The notes under the pieces: generated by a model
Seen by the model: only the letters and a program-made list of their open reading frames with translations
The model's database searches: none
What the model was told of the DNA's origin: nothing
Position numbers and translations under genes: made by a program
Assembly (NCBI GenBank): GCA_902529515.1
Contig: CABZWX010000004.1
Span: forward strand, 8,102 to 72,101
From: an uncultured SAR116 cluster alpha proteobacterium
Lineage (GTDB): Bacteria > Pseudomonadota > Alphaproteobacteria > Puniceispirillales > Marisalimonadaceae
DNA: 64,000 nucleotides
Direction of reading: 5' to 3'
Shown here: positions 48,952-59,179 of the stretch, piece after piece
How positions within the stretch are numbered: the first letter of the stretch is position 1
Layout: each line of letters begins with the position of its first letter

Positions 48952-50049
48952 TTAGCTTTCTTTTAATGCTATCGGAAAATATTTTTCAAATAAATCAATA
49001 TCTTTATCTAATCCTACTGTCACTCTTATACACCTATTTTGAGGATGTGAATATGGCATTCTTACAAAAACACCGTTATTAATTAAATTTTCAAGCACTT
49101 TTTTTGCAAAATTACTATCTTTTAAACAATCAATTGCTACAAAATTTGTAAATGAAGGAATGAATTTGCAATTATTATTATTTGCAATTTCAGCAATTCT
49201 ATTTCTCGATAATTTTACTTTATTAATTACATCACTGATAAATTCATAATCTTCTAGAGCAGCTAATGCACCTACTTGAGAAATTCTTGACATACCAAAA
49301 TGATTTCTTATTTTTTCAAAATTCAAGATTAAATCTTTTTCTCCTATTGCATACCCAACCCTCAATCCAGCCATTCCATATGCTTTTGAAAAAGTTCTCA
49401 TTCTAATAACATTTTTTGTATCCAATGAAATCTTAGGTACAAAGTTTTCATCAACAAAATCAATGTAAGCCTCATCCAAACATAACAATGTAGTCCCTGG
49501 AAGTTTCTGTATTAATTTTTCAATATCTGACGGTTTATTAATTGTTCCCATTGGATTGTTAGGATTTGATACATATAAAATCTTTGCTGATGTTTCTCTA
49601 ACTTTTTCAAGTAAATTCTGTAAGTCCTCTGTATCATTACAGAAAGGTACTTTATGTAGATTTCCTCCAAATCCTTCTACATGATAATTAAAAGTTGGAT
49701 ACGCGCCATCAGTAGTAACAACATTATCCCCTTTTTTAATTATTAATCTAACCAGATATCCTAGTAAGCCGTCAATTCCTTCACCTATAACAATATTTTC
49801 AAATTTTACTTTATGTTTTTTTGCCAGTGCATGTTTTAAATCAAAATTTTCTGGATCACCATACATCCAAACTTCACTTAGTTGTTTTTTCATAGCTGAA
49901 ATTGCTTTTTCTGAAGGCCCAAAAACACTCTCATTCGCTCCAATACGTGCTTTAAAAAGTTGATTAAGACTTCTTTCTTGGGCTTCTGGACCTACAAAAG
50001 GTACAGAAGCTGGCAATTTGTTAACAATATCAGTAAATTGAATACTCAA
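48952..50049 (-). CDS. PLP-dependent aminotransferase, HisC-like
   Basis: ANES, NPNNPMG, DEAY, RTFSKAYGMAGLRVG. Confidence 0.88.
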   Translation of the reverse strand: MSIQFTDIVNKLPASVPFVGPEAQERSLNQLFKARIGANESVFGPSEKAISAMKKQLSEVWMYGDPENFDLKHALAKKHKVKFENIVIGEGIDGLLGYLVRLIIKKGDNVVTTDGAYPTFNYHVEGFGGNLHKVPFCNDTEDLQNLLEKVRETSAKILYVSNPNNPMGTINKPSDIEKLIQKLPGTTLLCLDEAYIDFVDENFVPKISLDTKNVIRMRTFSKAYGMAGLRVGYAIGEKDLILNFEKIRNHFGMSRISQVGALAALEDYEFISDVINKVKLSRNRIAEIANNNNCKFIPSFTNFVAIDCLKDSNFAKKVLENLINNGVFVRMPYSHPQNRCIRVTVGLDKDIDLFEKYFPIALKES

Positions 50050-50124
50050 TCATAACTCCACGTGTAATGTAATGATTAATTAACATAATTAAAAAAAAAT
50101 TTAAATTATAGAATATGCATTTAA

Positions 50125-51057
50125 TTAATTTTTCTTTAACAATGATTTATCTAAATTATATGCTTCAATGGCAGTTTCGGAAAACAAATATTTCTTTTCA
50201 TCTCCAGAGAATTTTTCTACAATTTTTTTATAATTATTAAATAAGTTATCAAATGTTATTTTAAGTTTACTAACAGGAAAATTACTTGCAAACATGCATC
50301 TTTTTGGAGTAAAAAAATCTATCAATTCGTAAATTATACTCGCATTCTCGTTGAAATTCCACTCCTTACCTTTGATACCAAATTCAGATAATTTTATAAA
50401 TGTATTAGGCTCTAAGGATAATGCTTTTATCCCTTTCCTCCAAAATTCCATTCCGTCAATAGATCTATCCCAGGGAAAACCACAATGGTTAATAATAACT
50501 TTAGTATTTGGTATTAGTCGGACAATTTGAACTGCTTCTTCTAAATGCCATGTTGGAACCCTTAAATCATAATTTAAATTATATTTTTCTAACAATTTTA
50601 AACCATTTCTCCAATTTATATCTTCCATAGAACCATATTGAGAATAATTGACAGTATCTTTTGCAAATTTAACATTTGGTTTTGAGCGTATACTCTTAAC
50701 CATATTAAAACTTGCTTGTTCAGCAATTATTGTCTCACTGTTTTTTGTATGGAACCAGGCATGACCTATGATAGCATTTGGATATTTATTTTTCTTAGCT
50801 AAATTATCTATCCATTTTGTCTCACCAACCTGATCATTCCTATCCCACTCTGCTTCACAATGAATAGTACCAATAACATTATGATTTTTTATGTCCTTCT
50901 CATAATTAACTGGAAGATAATTTTGTCTAATCATTTCATAATTACCTAAGAAAAAATCTGGATCAATTTTATCGGATAAGAAAGGATAATAATTTTTATC
51001 TAAATCCCAGAAATGATGATGAGAATCTAATATTTCTATATTTTGATCTTCAAACAT
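50125..51057 (-). CDS. Amidohydrolase_2-family protein (lactonase-like)
   Basis: DSHHHFW, NHCG, KLS, FASNFP. Confidence 0.85.
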   Translation of the reverse strand: MFEDQNIEILDSHHHFWDLDKNYYPFLSDKIDPDFFLGNYEMIRQNYLPVNYEKDIKNHNVIGTIHCEAEWDRNDQVGETKWIDNLAKKNKYPNAIIGHAWFHTKNSETIIAEQASFNMVKSIRSKPNVKFAKDTVNYSQYGSMEDINWRNGLKLLEKYNLNYDLRVPTWHLEEAVQIVRLIPNTKVIINHCGFPWDRSIDGMEFWRKGIKALSLEPNTFIKLSEFGIKGKEWNFNENASIIYELIDFFTPKRCMFASNFPVSKLKITFDNLFNNYKKIVEKFSGDEKKYLFSETAIEAYNLDKSLLKKN

Positions 51058-52239
51058 TTATATAATACTCATTCTTTTTATTTTTAATATCCAATAAGAG
51101 GATATTATTGAAATACCCGACATAATAAATAAAGCGTATAAACATATATTAAAATTTTGAGCTCCTCCAAAAAATATAATTAAAAAACCAGCCAGTCCTC
51201 CGGATCCTACTTGAAATGCACCCATCAAACCACTTGCTGCACCTTTATTTAATTCTGAAGAATTAATTGCACCAGTCATACTATTTGCTACTGCAAAGCC
51301 ATTTGAACATCCAAATAACATACATATTAATGATAAAATAAGAGGTCCATTTTGGAATAAATTGTTATTTATAAAAAATATTAATACAGCACAAAAAGAG
51401 CAAAGTGTTCCTAAAAGACACATTCTTTCTAGACCGACTTTTGGACTTAATTTGCTATTGATTATATTCCCAAAAATATATCCTAGAGATGTAAATGAAA
51501 ACCATATTCCAAACTCTGACATGCTAACTCCTTTTCTTTCAAATTCATATGGCATAAAACCATTCATTGCAAAGAACATAGATGTTTGCATTGCAGTGGT
51601 AATCGTAAAAAAATTAAAAGAAACATTTTTTATTAATCCTATATAAACTACAAACATATTTTTAAAACTTATGCTTTTAGCTTTTTTTATTAATGTCTCA
51701 TTTAAAAACAACGATATAGCAATTATCAAAATTAAGCTTATTAAACCTAAAGCAATTAAATTAGTTCTCCATCCTAAAAACTCGGCAAGAAATCCTCCAA
51801 AGATGAAACAAGAAATTGGAATGACTGCCATTATGGCTGTCATTTTAGACATTTCTTTTGCTGCCTCTTTAATTTCATAACAATCACTCAAAATAGTTCG
51901 TCCAACAGATAAACATGCTGCAGCGCCAAATCCTTGAAAACATCTAAGTACCAATAAAATTTCTATATTAGATGACAAGGATGCAAAAAAGGCAGAAACT
52001 GCATAGATAGAAACTCCCAAAAGTAAAATTGGTTTTCTTCCATATTTATCAGAGAATGGTCCAAATAATATCTGACCAAAAGCTAGAAAAGTAAAATATA
52101 GTGTTAAAATTAGTTGTGTGTTTTCAAAAGATATATTTAGATCATTTTTTATAATAGTTAAAGCAGGTGCTATAATTGTCATCCCAATGACCGGTATAGC
52201 TACTATTACTGCCAACAAATTAATATTGGGTTTTTCCAA
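51058..52239 (-). CDS. Bcr/CflA-type MFS transporter
   Basis: GPFSDKYGRKP, RCFQG, GWR. Confidence 0.85.
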   Translation of the reverse strand: MEKPNINLLAVIVAIPVIGMTIIAPALTIIKNDLNISFENTQLILTLYFTFLAFGQILFGPFSDKYGRKPILLLGVSIYAVSAFFASLSSNIEILLVLRCFQGFGAAACLSVGRTILSDCYEIKEAAKEMSKMTAIMAVIPISCFIFGGFLAEFLGWRTNLIALGLISLILIIAISLFLNETLIKKAKSISFKNMFVVYIGLIKNVSFNFFTITTAMQTSMFFAMNGFMPYEFERKGVSMSEFGIWFSFTSLGYIFGNIINSKLSPKVGLERMCLLGTLCSFCAVLIFFINNNLFQNGPLILSLICMLFGCSNGFAVANSMTGAINSSELNKGAASGLMGAFQVGSGGLAGFLIIFFGGAQNFNICLYALFIMSGISIISSYWILKIKRMSII

Positions 52240-52284
52240 ATTTGACTACCATTCTGATGGTGATTTTAAAATTTTGATTTAAAG

Positions 52285-52704
52285 TTATGTTTGTTCTATT
52301 TCGTGAACTTCAATTATATTTCCATCTGGATCATGAAAAAATATTTGTTTCCATCCCGCTACTGCAGTTTCACCCCAATCTGAAAAATTGATATTTAATT
52401 CATTTAAATGTTTTTTAAAAGCTTCTAAGTCATCTGTTCGGTAAGCTATATGACCTTTTTCAAGTGGATTTATTGTATGACCAGTTTTAAAACAAACATC
52501 CAAATCTTTTTGAGCTAAATGTGTTTGTATTTTACCATCTGATACAAAGGCAACATCACCAGAATAACCCTTTTTCTTCTCTAAAACAGGTAATCCCTCA
52601 GTTTCTGTTTTAAGTTTCAAAACATTTAAATAGAAATCATTCATTTCGTCAACTTTATCAGTAGACAAATTTATGTGGTGTAATTGAAGCTTCATATTTA
52701 CCAT
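52285..52704 (-). CDS. VOC/glyoxalase family protein
   Basis: LHHINL, GHIAY, DPDGNIIE. Confidence 0.88.
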   Translation of the reverse strand: MVNMKLQLHHINLSTDKVDEMNDFYLNVLKLKTETEGLPVLEKKKGYSGDVAFVSDGKIQTHLAQKDLDVCFKTGHTINPLEKGHIAYRTDDLEAFKKHLNELNINFSDWGETAVAGWKQIFFHDPDGNIIEVHEIEQT

Positions 52705-52867
52705 CGTTTTAAGTTATTTATAAATTAATAGTTTTAATTTAAACAAGTTAAAAAGCAATTTATTAAATTTAAAAATCCTTGCTTTATTTATAAAATATAT
52801 TTTATGATTCAAATTGTACTAACCACTCTTTGATTATGTATTACATCATACTAAATGGGGATATAAT

Positions 52868-53875
52868 TTGGTATATATATTTCGTATTAGTCAAAAGTAT
52901 ATTTTCATATCATTATTTTTTGTATCTTCAATTGTATGTGCAGATCAATCATCTATAACAAATGATAAAATTCAAAATTTTTATAATGGAGTAGTAAGTA
53001 TTGACTCAATAGTTCCTGATGAAGCAAAAACGTCAAAAAGTCTTGGTACAGTTCGTCAAGGGAGCGGCGTCATAATTGACCAAAATAATATTCTTACCAT
53101 CGGTTATATCGTTATTGAAGCAAGCGAAATAAAAATAGGACTGCCTAATGGGAAAAATATACCTGGCAAATTGACTGGATATGACCACTCATCAGGATTT
53201 GGAATAGTTTCACCTATAATTAAAACCAAATTAATTCCACTAAAAATTGGAAATTCAAATAAAATAAAATTAGATGATGTTTTGTTAATTCTTCCCTCAC
53301 CTAACAAAGGAATTGGATCAATGGCTAAAATGGTTTCAAGAAGACCTTTTGTAGGTTGGTGGGAATATTTCCTTGAAAAACCAATTTACACACTACCTAT
53401 GAATCAATCTTGGGCTGGTGCACCTCTTGTTAATTCTAAAGGGGAAATATTAGGTATAGGCTCACTTTTTGTTGCTGACGCAGCCTCTCCTGGCACTTTA
53501 ACACCTGGAAATATGTTTGTTCCAATAAACCTTCTGAAGCCAATTTTAAATGACCTTTTAAAATATGGTCAACCAAAATCAGGTATGAAACCATATTTAG
53601 GAATTTCTACAAATGATTCTTCAGGTAAAGTTATTGTTACTAGAGTAAGTGCGGGTGGACCTTCAGATAAATCTGGCATAAGAAAGAATGATATAATAAA
53701 CGCAGTTAATGGAAATTATGTAAATACTGTAAAAAATTTTTATATGTCAATTTGGAATTCAGGAGATATAGGAGTAAATATACAACTTGAAATAATTAGA
53801 AATAACAAAAAAATTAAATTTAATGTTAAGTCAGTAGACAGAATGCAATATTTTATCAAGAATAAATCTTACTAA
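52868..53875 (+). CDS. HtrA/S1C-fold protein with PDZ domain, catalytic triad substituted
   Basis: GSGVII, LTIGY, GAPLVN..GEILGI, YLGI + GGPSDKSGI PDZ. Confidence 0.8.
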   Translation: MVYIFRISQKYIFISLFFVSSIVCADQSSITNDKIQNFYNGVVSIDSIVPDEAKTSKSLGTVRQGSGVIIDQNNILTIGYIVIEASEIKIGLPNGKNIPGKLTGYDHSSGFGIVSPIIKTKLIPLKIGNSNKIKLDDVLLILPSPNKGIGSMAKMVSRRPFVGWWEYFLEKPIYTLPMNQSWAGAPLVNSKGEILGIGSLFVADAASPGTLTPGNMFVPINLLKPILNDLLKYGQPKSGMKPYLGISTNDSSGKVIVTRVSAGGPSDKSGIRKNDIINAVNGNYVNTVKNFYMSIWNSGDIGVNIQLEIIRNNKKIKFNVKSVDRMQYFIKNKSY

Positions 53876-53916
53876 CGAATTAATGCTGTTATAATTTTTA
53901 TATAAATTTAATATAA

Positions 53917-53993
<77 letters not shown>

Positions 53994-54012
53994 AAAAAAT
54001 TCACTTAAATAC

Positions 54013-54041
54013 TTGATAGAGGTAGATGAACTTTTGGTCAA
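54013..54041 (-). promoter_or_regulatory. Probable sigma70 promoter of tRNA-Asp
   Basis: TTGACC-17 nt-TATCAA about 20 nt upstream of the tRNA; conserved in the second copy. Confidence 0.6.
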
Positions 54042-54194
54042 GAAAAGAATAGTTGATTTATACTTGAAAAACTAATTTTTTTGAAGTTTTGAATTAGTAG
54101 TAAAGTTAAAAATGAATAATTAATTATTGAAAATTAACTTATTTTGAATTTTTTTTTAATCAGCTGGCTATTCAAAATATTCTGGAGAAAACTC

Positions 54195-55352
54195 TTATTT
54201 AATTACTTTCTCAAGTCTTATCATAGAATTTTTGATACTAGTAAGTTGTTTAAGTTTACAGCTCTCTTGAAGTATAATTTCGTTATTATCATCCCAAGGG
54301 TATTCAGAAAATATGTTTGGTGGTGGGCCACTTGAATCTCTAAGGAGAAAAGAGTTCGTACCCCAAGGAATTTTATCAACTCTATTCCTCGTAAAAAAAT
54401 GACCATTATTTTTAACTACACGTTGCACGAGTTTAAAATATTCACCAATCTGTTCATGTGTCATTTCTTGAAAAGAGTCAGTGTTTATGCATATATCAGC
54501 AGAATTATCTGGCAACAAATTAATCTGATTAGGTGTTAAAAAAACAAAATCAAAGTTTGAAAAATTGGCACTTTTTACTTCATTAGGTAACAGAATTTTT
54601 GCATTTGGAAACATGTCTGCTAAAAATACTGAGGCAATAGCTATTGTTTCTGGTAAGTCAATATCAATTAGTTGTACGTTGTTCAATTTTTGAAAAAACA
54701 ATGCTAGCAAATTGCCATTCCCTGCTCCAATCTCAATAGCAGATTGCACGTTTTCCAGAGGCATGTAGCAATTTAAAATATTGAAATAATAATTAGCAAG
54801 AATAGTGAATGAATTTAATCTATATTTTCCAATTTTCAGAGCAAATTTCTTTAGATCCTTTATGCTTTTACTAGATTTATTCTTTAATGAGATTTTCTCA
54901 AAGTTCATGTAGTAAGGAGAAGGATGTGCTTTAGAACTCATCAAAAAATCAAAAGCTTCAAAATAGTTCATCATTTGAATTTTTTTCTTTTCTAATCCAA
55001 GCCTGGTTTTTATTTTTTTATAGAAATTAGTCGGGTTTGTAATTCCAGTGCGTAAAATATTAATATATCGGGCAAGACTTTTTCTAGGGGGTATATAAAA
55101 CCCAGACTTTCCAGTCACACTAACAATGTTTCCATCAAATTTTATGTCACTGAAACTAGAATTGTCCAGCCAATAATCACTTTTAGAAGTTTTTGGAATA
55201 TCTAAGAAATGTTCTGAAGCTTTATATTTTTTTAATCTGAGTATGAAGTCCTTATCAAACTCATATTTCTCAATTCTATCCATATCTACACTTTCAAATT
55301 CATTAGATTGCTTCAAAATATTGACCTTAAAATAAACTAACGCAAACATCAA
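54195..55352 (-). CDS. Putative sugar O-methyltransferase (class I SAM); start uncertain, possibly ATG 55283
   Basis: EIGAGNG, DIDLPE, INTDSFQEM. Confidence 0.75.
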   Translation of the reverse strand: MMFALVYFKVNILKQSNEFESVDMDRIEKYEFDKDFILRLKKYKASEHFLDIPKTSKSDYWLDNSSFSDIKFDGNIVSVTGKSGFYIPPRKSLARYINILRTGITNPTNFYKKIKTRLGLEKKKIQMMNYFEAFDFLMSSKAHPSPYYMNFEKISLKNKSSKSIKDLKKFALKIGKYRLNSFTILANYYFNILNCYMPLENVQSAIEIGAGNGNLLALFFQKLNNVQLIDIDLPETIAIASVFLADMFPNAKILLPNEVKSANFSNFDFVFLTPNQINLLPDNSADICINTDSFQEMTHEQIGEYFKLVQRVVKNNGHFFTRNRVDKIPWGTNSFLLRDSSGPPPNIFSEYPWDDNNEIILQESCKLKQLTSIKNSMIRLEKVIK

Positions 55353-55373
55353 TATTATTGCAAAGTTTTCAAA

Positions 55374-55450
55374 AAAATAAGTTGAAGAGCTACAAACTGG
55401 AGGGCTCAGGCGTTAAAGGCCTGCGATCTAACCAATTTTGCTATAACCCC
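55374..55450 (-). pseudogene. Decayed copy of tRNA-Asp
   Basis: 49/70 gapless identity of 55381-55450 to 53924-53993; CCA end, D stem and T arm lost. Confidence 0.8.
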
Positions 55451-55460
55451 AAGCAGGATC

Positions 55461-55492
55461 ATACTTGATAGAGGTTGAAAAACTTTAGGTCA
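55461..55492 (-). repeat. Direct repeat of the tRNA-Asp promoter region (54009-54040)
   Basis: 28/32 identity including exact ATACTTGATAGAGGT. Confidence 0.85.
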
Positions 55493-55528
55493 GAAAATAA
55501 TAAATTTAAAGCTATAAAAAATAGATTT

Positions 55529-56050
55529 TTAATAATACTTTTTTTTGATTATAGGTATAAAATTAAAGTATTTAGAGAATACAAAAAATTCAATTAGTAT
55601 TGCAAACATCATAGTACTTAAAAGGGTGTTAATAAAAAAAGGTATAGCCATTGTGTAACAATTGATTAGTCCATCAATATTATAGGCATAAAAAGAACCA
55701 GTTAACCAAACTCCAAAATTAGAAATTATAAAGAAGATAATTGAGGCACAAAAACTCATTACTAATCTTGAAAATAAACTTTTACCAAATTTTGATACTA
55801 AGCCTATGATAGCCAAACTACCCCATGTCCATATTAACAATTCATGAAATCCAATCACAAAATCCGTAATTGCGTAACATAAAACAAAGATTGGTATTGA
55901 CCACATCCCAAAAATGATTGGAATGTATAAACCAAGAGATATCACAGGAGTGAAATTTGGTGGATGTGGAATTATCCTTGAAGATGCTATTAGAACTATA
56001 ATTAAAATTATTACTTTTAAATTTAAGTTTTTGATTTGTTTAGAATTCAT
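55529..56050 (-). CDS. DUF6580-family membrane protein (putative transporter)
   Basis: RIIPHPPNFTP, FFIISNFGVW, CYTMAIPFF; overlaps the btuB stop. Confidence 0.75.
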   Translation of the reverse strand: MNSKQIKNLNLKVIILIIVLIASSRIIPHPPNFTPVISLGLYIPIIFGMWSIPIFVLCYAITDFVIGFHELLIWTWGSLAIIGLVSKFGKSLFSRLVMSFCASIIFFIISNFGVWLTGSFYAYNIDGLINCYTMAIPFFINTLLSTMMFAILIEFFVFSKYFNFIPIIKKKYY

Positions 56051-57980
56051 AACTTACAGCACCTAAATAATTAATACCGGGCAATGGATATAATGTACCA
56101 TAAGAATTATAATGATAATAGTTTTTATCAAACAAGTTATCAATTTTAAAAGAAACTTTAATATTATTTAGGTTATAGTTCAAACCAATGTCTGAAACCA
56201 CATAACTCATAGCTTTCTTTTTAATATTACTTTCATCACCTAGTCTATATCTACTTCCAACAAATTGGTTATCAAAATAGAGTATCAATTCAGGATAAAT
56301 AAAATATTGTAACTTGAGATTAGATGACCATTCAGCAACCATAGGAACCTTTTTATTTTTGTAAGTTCCACTATCAAACTCAGATGAAACATAAGACAAA
56401 TTTAAATCAGCAATAAAATCTGTATATGAGTATTTAAAGTTAGTATCATAACCCTCGTTGGTTAATGGATCATAATTATCATTATCAAAAGTACTACTAT
56501 CATAATATATAAGGTTATCAACTTTTGTTTGATATGCTCGAAGATTATAACTAAAATTATTAAATATTTTTTCATAAATTAATTCTAAAGTATTTGAATC
56601 CTGATGTTCAATTTCAACTGTTTGACCAGAGGTTTCTAAAACTTCGTCAATTTTTGGTGCTCTAAAGCTTTTAGAGTATTTTCCCTTAATCATTGAACTA
56701 GCATTTAATTTTTTTTCTAAGCCAAATGACCATGCTTCTGAGGAGCTATCTTTCGAAAATAATTTAGCATTTGTTAGAGCATTAAAGGTGTCAACTTCGT
56801 AATTATGAGTTCTATAACCTATTTCAAAATCTATAGTTGGATTATATGAAATTTGAGAAATACCCCAAAAATCATAGGTTAGTTGCTCTGCTGTAAACTT
56901 TGTTAAAGATGGAGATATTCTTTTGTTAGAATAACTTGAATCGTAGTAATCAAAACCAAAACTAGAGTAAATGTATTTTCCCATAAGTTCAGATGTATTG
57001 TAAAAGGCTTTGTATATTTGATAAGTTTCATAATCATAAATATTAAAATAAATTGAAGACCCATAATCATTTAAAGCATTAACTTCGGTATCTTTATAGC
57101 TAATTGAAAAATTTGAATTAAAGTCACCAAATCTTAAATTATTATAACCATACTCATAGGACAATTTATCTTCATTCATGTATGAACCAGGATATTGAGG
57201 TGTTTTAGGATTAGATAAAAAAACTGCCTCAGTAATACCCCCAGGCAATTCTAAGTCTTCATTACTAAACGACGTTGAGAAATATTGTGTAACTCCATCA
57301 TCAAAATTTTTAGAAGTTCTTAAAGAAAAATTTTCTAGTTTGTATTTATTGTTATCTCTGTATTGGTCACTTCTAACATTTATAGATGAAACATGAAAAG
57401 AATATTGATCGATTTTTTTTATAAAATTTAAGTTAGTAGATTTTTGATTAAAACTTCCGATATCTTGTTGCAAAACAAATTTTTCTTCTAAAACAAAATC
57501 TTTTTTAGTAATAATATTAACTGCTCCAGCAACTGCCCCATCTCCAAAAATTAGTCCGGCACCAGAACCTTTAATTACTTCTATTCTCTCAATTTGTTCT
57601 AAAGGTATGTTTCCAAAATTAATTGAACCCATACTTATATTGTTAAATCTTTTTCCGTCAACAAATATTGCAACATTTGTAGCAGCCAAATTTTCACCTC
57701 CAAATCCGTCAATGACTAAAGAACTTTTAGAACCATCGACACCCCCATATAGAGAAATATTTTGAATACCTGAATACAACGATAAAAGTTCTGGAATACT
57801 CTTAGCACTTGATTTAGAAATTTCTTCTTTTAAAATAATAATTTTTTTACTTCCTAATCCAAATTCCTGAATTTTTGAAGGATAGATAGTTATTCTAGGT
57901 GGCTTTGATGTATCAGAATATGAAGTAGATACTGAAAAAAATATAAATATAAAAGATGTAATTAAAAAACGTGTTATCAT
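56040..57980 (-). CDS. btuB: TonB-dependent receptor, BtuB-like (start ATG 57980 after AGAGG)
   Basis: Plug motifs IERIEVIKG, GAVAGAVNIIT; NLFDKNY; C-terminal YEF; behind a cobalamin riboswitch. Confidence 0.85.
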   Translation of the reverse strand: MITRFLITSFIFIFFSVSTSYSDTSKPPRITIYPSKIQEFGLGSKKIIILKEEISKSSAKSIPELLSLYSGIQNISLYGGVDGSKSSLVIDGFGGENLAATNVAIFVDGKRFNNISMGSINFGNIPLEQIERIEVIKGSGAGLIFGDGAVAGAVNIITKKDFVLEEKFVLQQDIGSFNQKSTNLNFIKKIDQYSFHVSSINVRSDQYRDNNKYKLENFSLRTSKNFDDGVTQYFSTSFSNEDLELPGGITEAVFLSNPKTPQYPGSYMNEDKLSYEYGYNNLRFGDFNSNFSISYKDTEVNALNDYGSSIYFNIYDYETYQIYKAFYNTSELMGKYIYSSFGFDYYDSSYSNKRISPSLTKFTAEQLTYDFWGISQISYNPTIDFEIGYRTHNYEVDTFNALTNAKLFSKDSSSEAWSFGLEKKLNASSMIKGKYSKSFRAPKIDEVLETSGQTVEIEHQDSNTLELIYEKIFNNFSYNLRAYQTKVDNLIYYDSSTFDNDNYDPLTNEGYDTNFKYSYTDFIADLNLSYVSSEFDSGTYKNKKVPMVAEWSSNLKLQYFIYPELILYFDNQFVGSRYRLGDESNIKKKAMSYVVSDIGLNYNLNNIKVSFKIDNLFDKNYYHYNSYGTLYPLPGINYLGAVSYEF

Positions 57981-58093
57981 AATTGCCTCTAGCAAAAAAA
58001 TTAAACTTAAAGAGCATAAGCCCTCACATATTTAGTCGCTAGACGATATAAACACGTGCCATCTACTCTACCCGGAAGCTGACAAAGCGACAG

Positions 58094-58270
58094 TTTATGG
58101 CAGGTCTCCTGGCTTATGCTTCATTGTTTAAGGCAGCCTTCCCAGAAAAATCCAGTGGCATTATAGCCCTTACTCAGCATTTACAGTTGCGGGGACAGCT
58201 TTGGCTTATAACTAATGTGAGTTACCAAATTCCCATTTTAAGCTTGAAGAAATCTTCGAAGCACCATAAA
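58094..58270 (-). ncRNA. Cobalamin riboswitch
   Basis: TTTATGGTG...AAAATGGGAA..GGT...CTGTCCCCGCAACTGT...GCCACTG...GGGAAGG...AGCCAGGAGACCTGCCATAAA with P1 TTTATGG/CCATAAA. Confidence 0.95.
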
Positions 58271-58330
58271 CATTTAATTATTAAGTTTAATTACGCAAAA
58301 AATGCAAGTACAAAAAAAAAAATTTTAGTT

Positions 58331-59158
58331 ATGAAATTAACAATTATTGGAAATGGCTACACAGCTCAATTTTTAGCTAAAGATGCGTTAAGATATGGTT
58401 ATGAAGTTTCAATAATTACTAGAAATATTTCAAATCCTGAAAAAAATATACATTACCTAAATTTTTTTGATTCTAATAATGTTGCAAAAAAATTAACTAA
58501 TGAAAATGTTGTTTCGACTGTGCCATTTGATGAAGAGGGCTTGGATCCTGTTTTAAAAAAATACAGAAAATCAATTTCTTTAAATGAGAACATCATTATT
58601 TATTATTCTGCTACATCAGTATATGGAAGCGGAATAGTGGATGAAAGTTCAAAACCATCACCAAAATATAAAAGAGGAATAACTAGACTTAGTTGCGAAA
58701 AAGAATGGATTAAAACGAATTCATTAACCTCAATTTTTAGAATTTCAGGTATTTATGGTCCAAACAGGCACCCTATGATTAAATATCTAAATGGAGATAA
58801 TGAAATCATTGTTAAAGATGATTATGTCTCTAATAGAATACATGTAGAAGATTTGTCGTTATTAACAATTCACTTTTTAAAGAAAAAAAGTAAAGAAAAA
58901 ATTTTAAATATTAGCGATCAAAAAAAAATAAGTAATTATGATGCAATAAAATTTGTTAGTAATAAACTAAATTTAGTAAAACCAAAACTTGTAAAATACG
59001 ATCCTACGAAGGCCTCTGAAATGTTGAAATCTTTCTATGAAGTAAACAGAACTGTGAAAAGTAATATCATTGATAAAAAGTTAAGTTATCAATTCAAATA
59101 TCCTAATTACAAATTAGCTTTACTTGGCTTGACAAAATCATTATTAAATAGTGATTAA
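58331..59158 (+). CDS. NAD(P)-dependent epimerase/atypical SDR (start ATG 58331)
   Basis: IGNGYTA Rossmann motif, SATSVYG, RISGIYGP, NRIHVEDL. Confidence 0.82.
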   Translation: MKLTIIGNGYTAQFLAKDALRYGYEVSIITRNISNPEKNIHYLNFFDSNNVAKKLTNENVVSTVPFDEEGLDPVLKKYRKSISLNENIIIYYSATSVYGSGIVDESSKPSPKYKRGITRLSCEKEWIKTNSLTSIFRISGIYGPNRHPMIKYLNGDNEIIVKDDYVSNRIHVEDLSLLTIHFLKKKSKEKILNISDQKKISNYDAIKFVSNKLNLVKPKLVKYDPTKASEMLKSFYEVNRTVKSNIIDKKLSYQFKYPNYKLALLGLTKSLLNSD

Positions 59159-59179
59159 TCTTCACCGTGGATAAAGATT

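Noticed and set aside
55374-55450. Functional ochre-suppressor tRNA
   Set aside because: Acceptor 3' strand, CCA, D stem and T arm are disrupted; only the anticodon hairpin folds
58097-58330. 78-aa N-terminal extension (MAGLLAYAS...) on the epimerase ORF
   Set aside because: It is largely the antisense reading of the cobalamin riboswitch; the Rossmann motif begins right after ATG 58331
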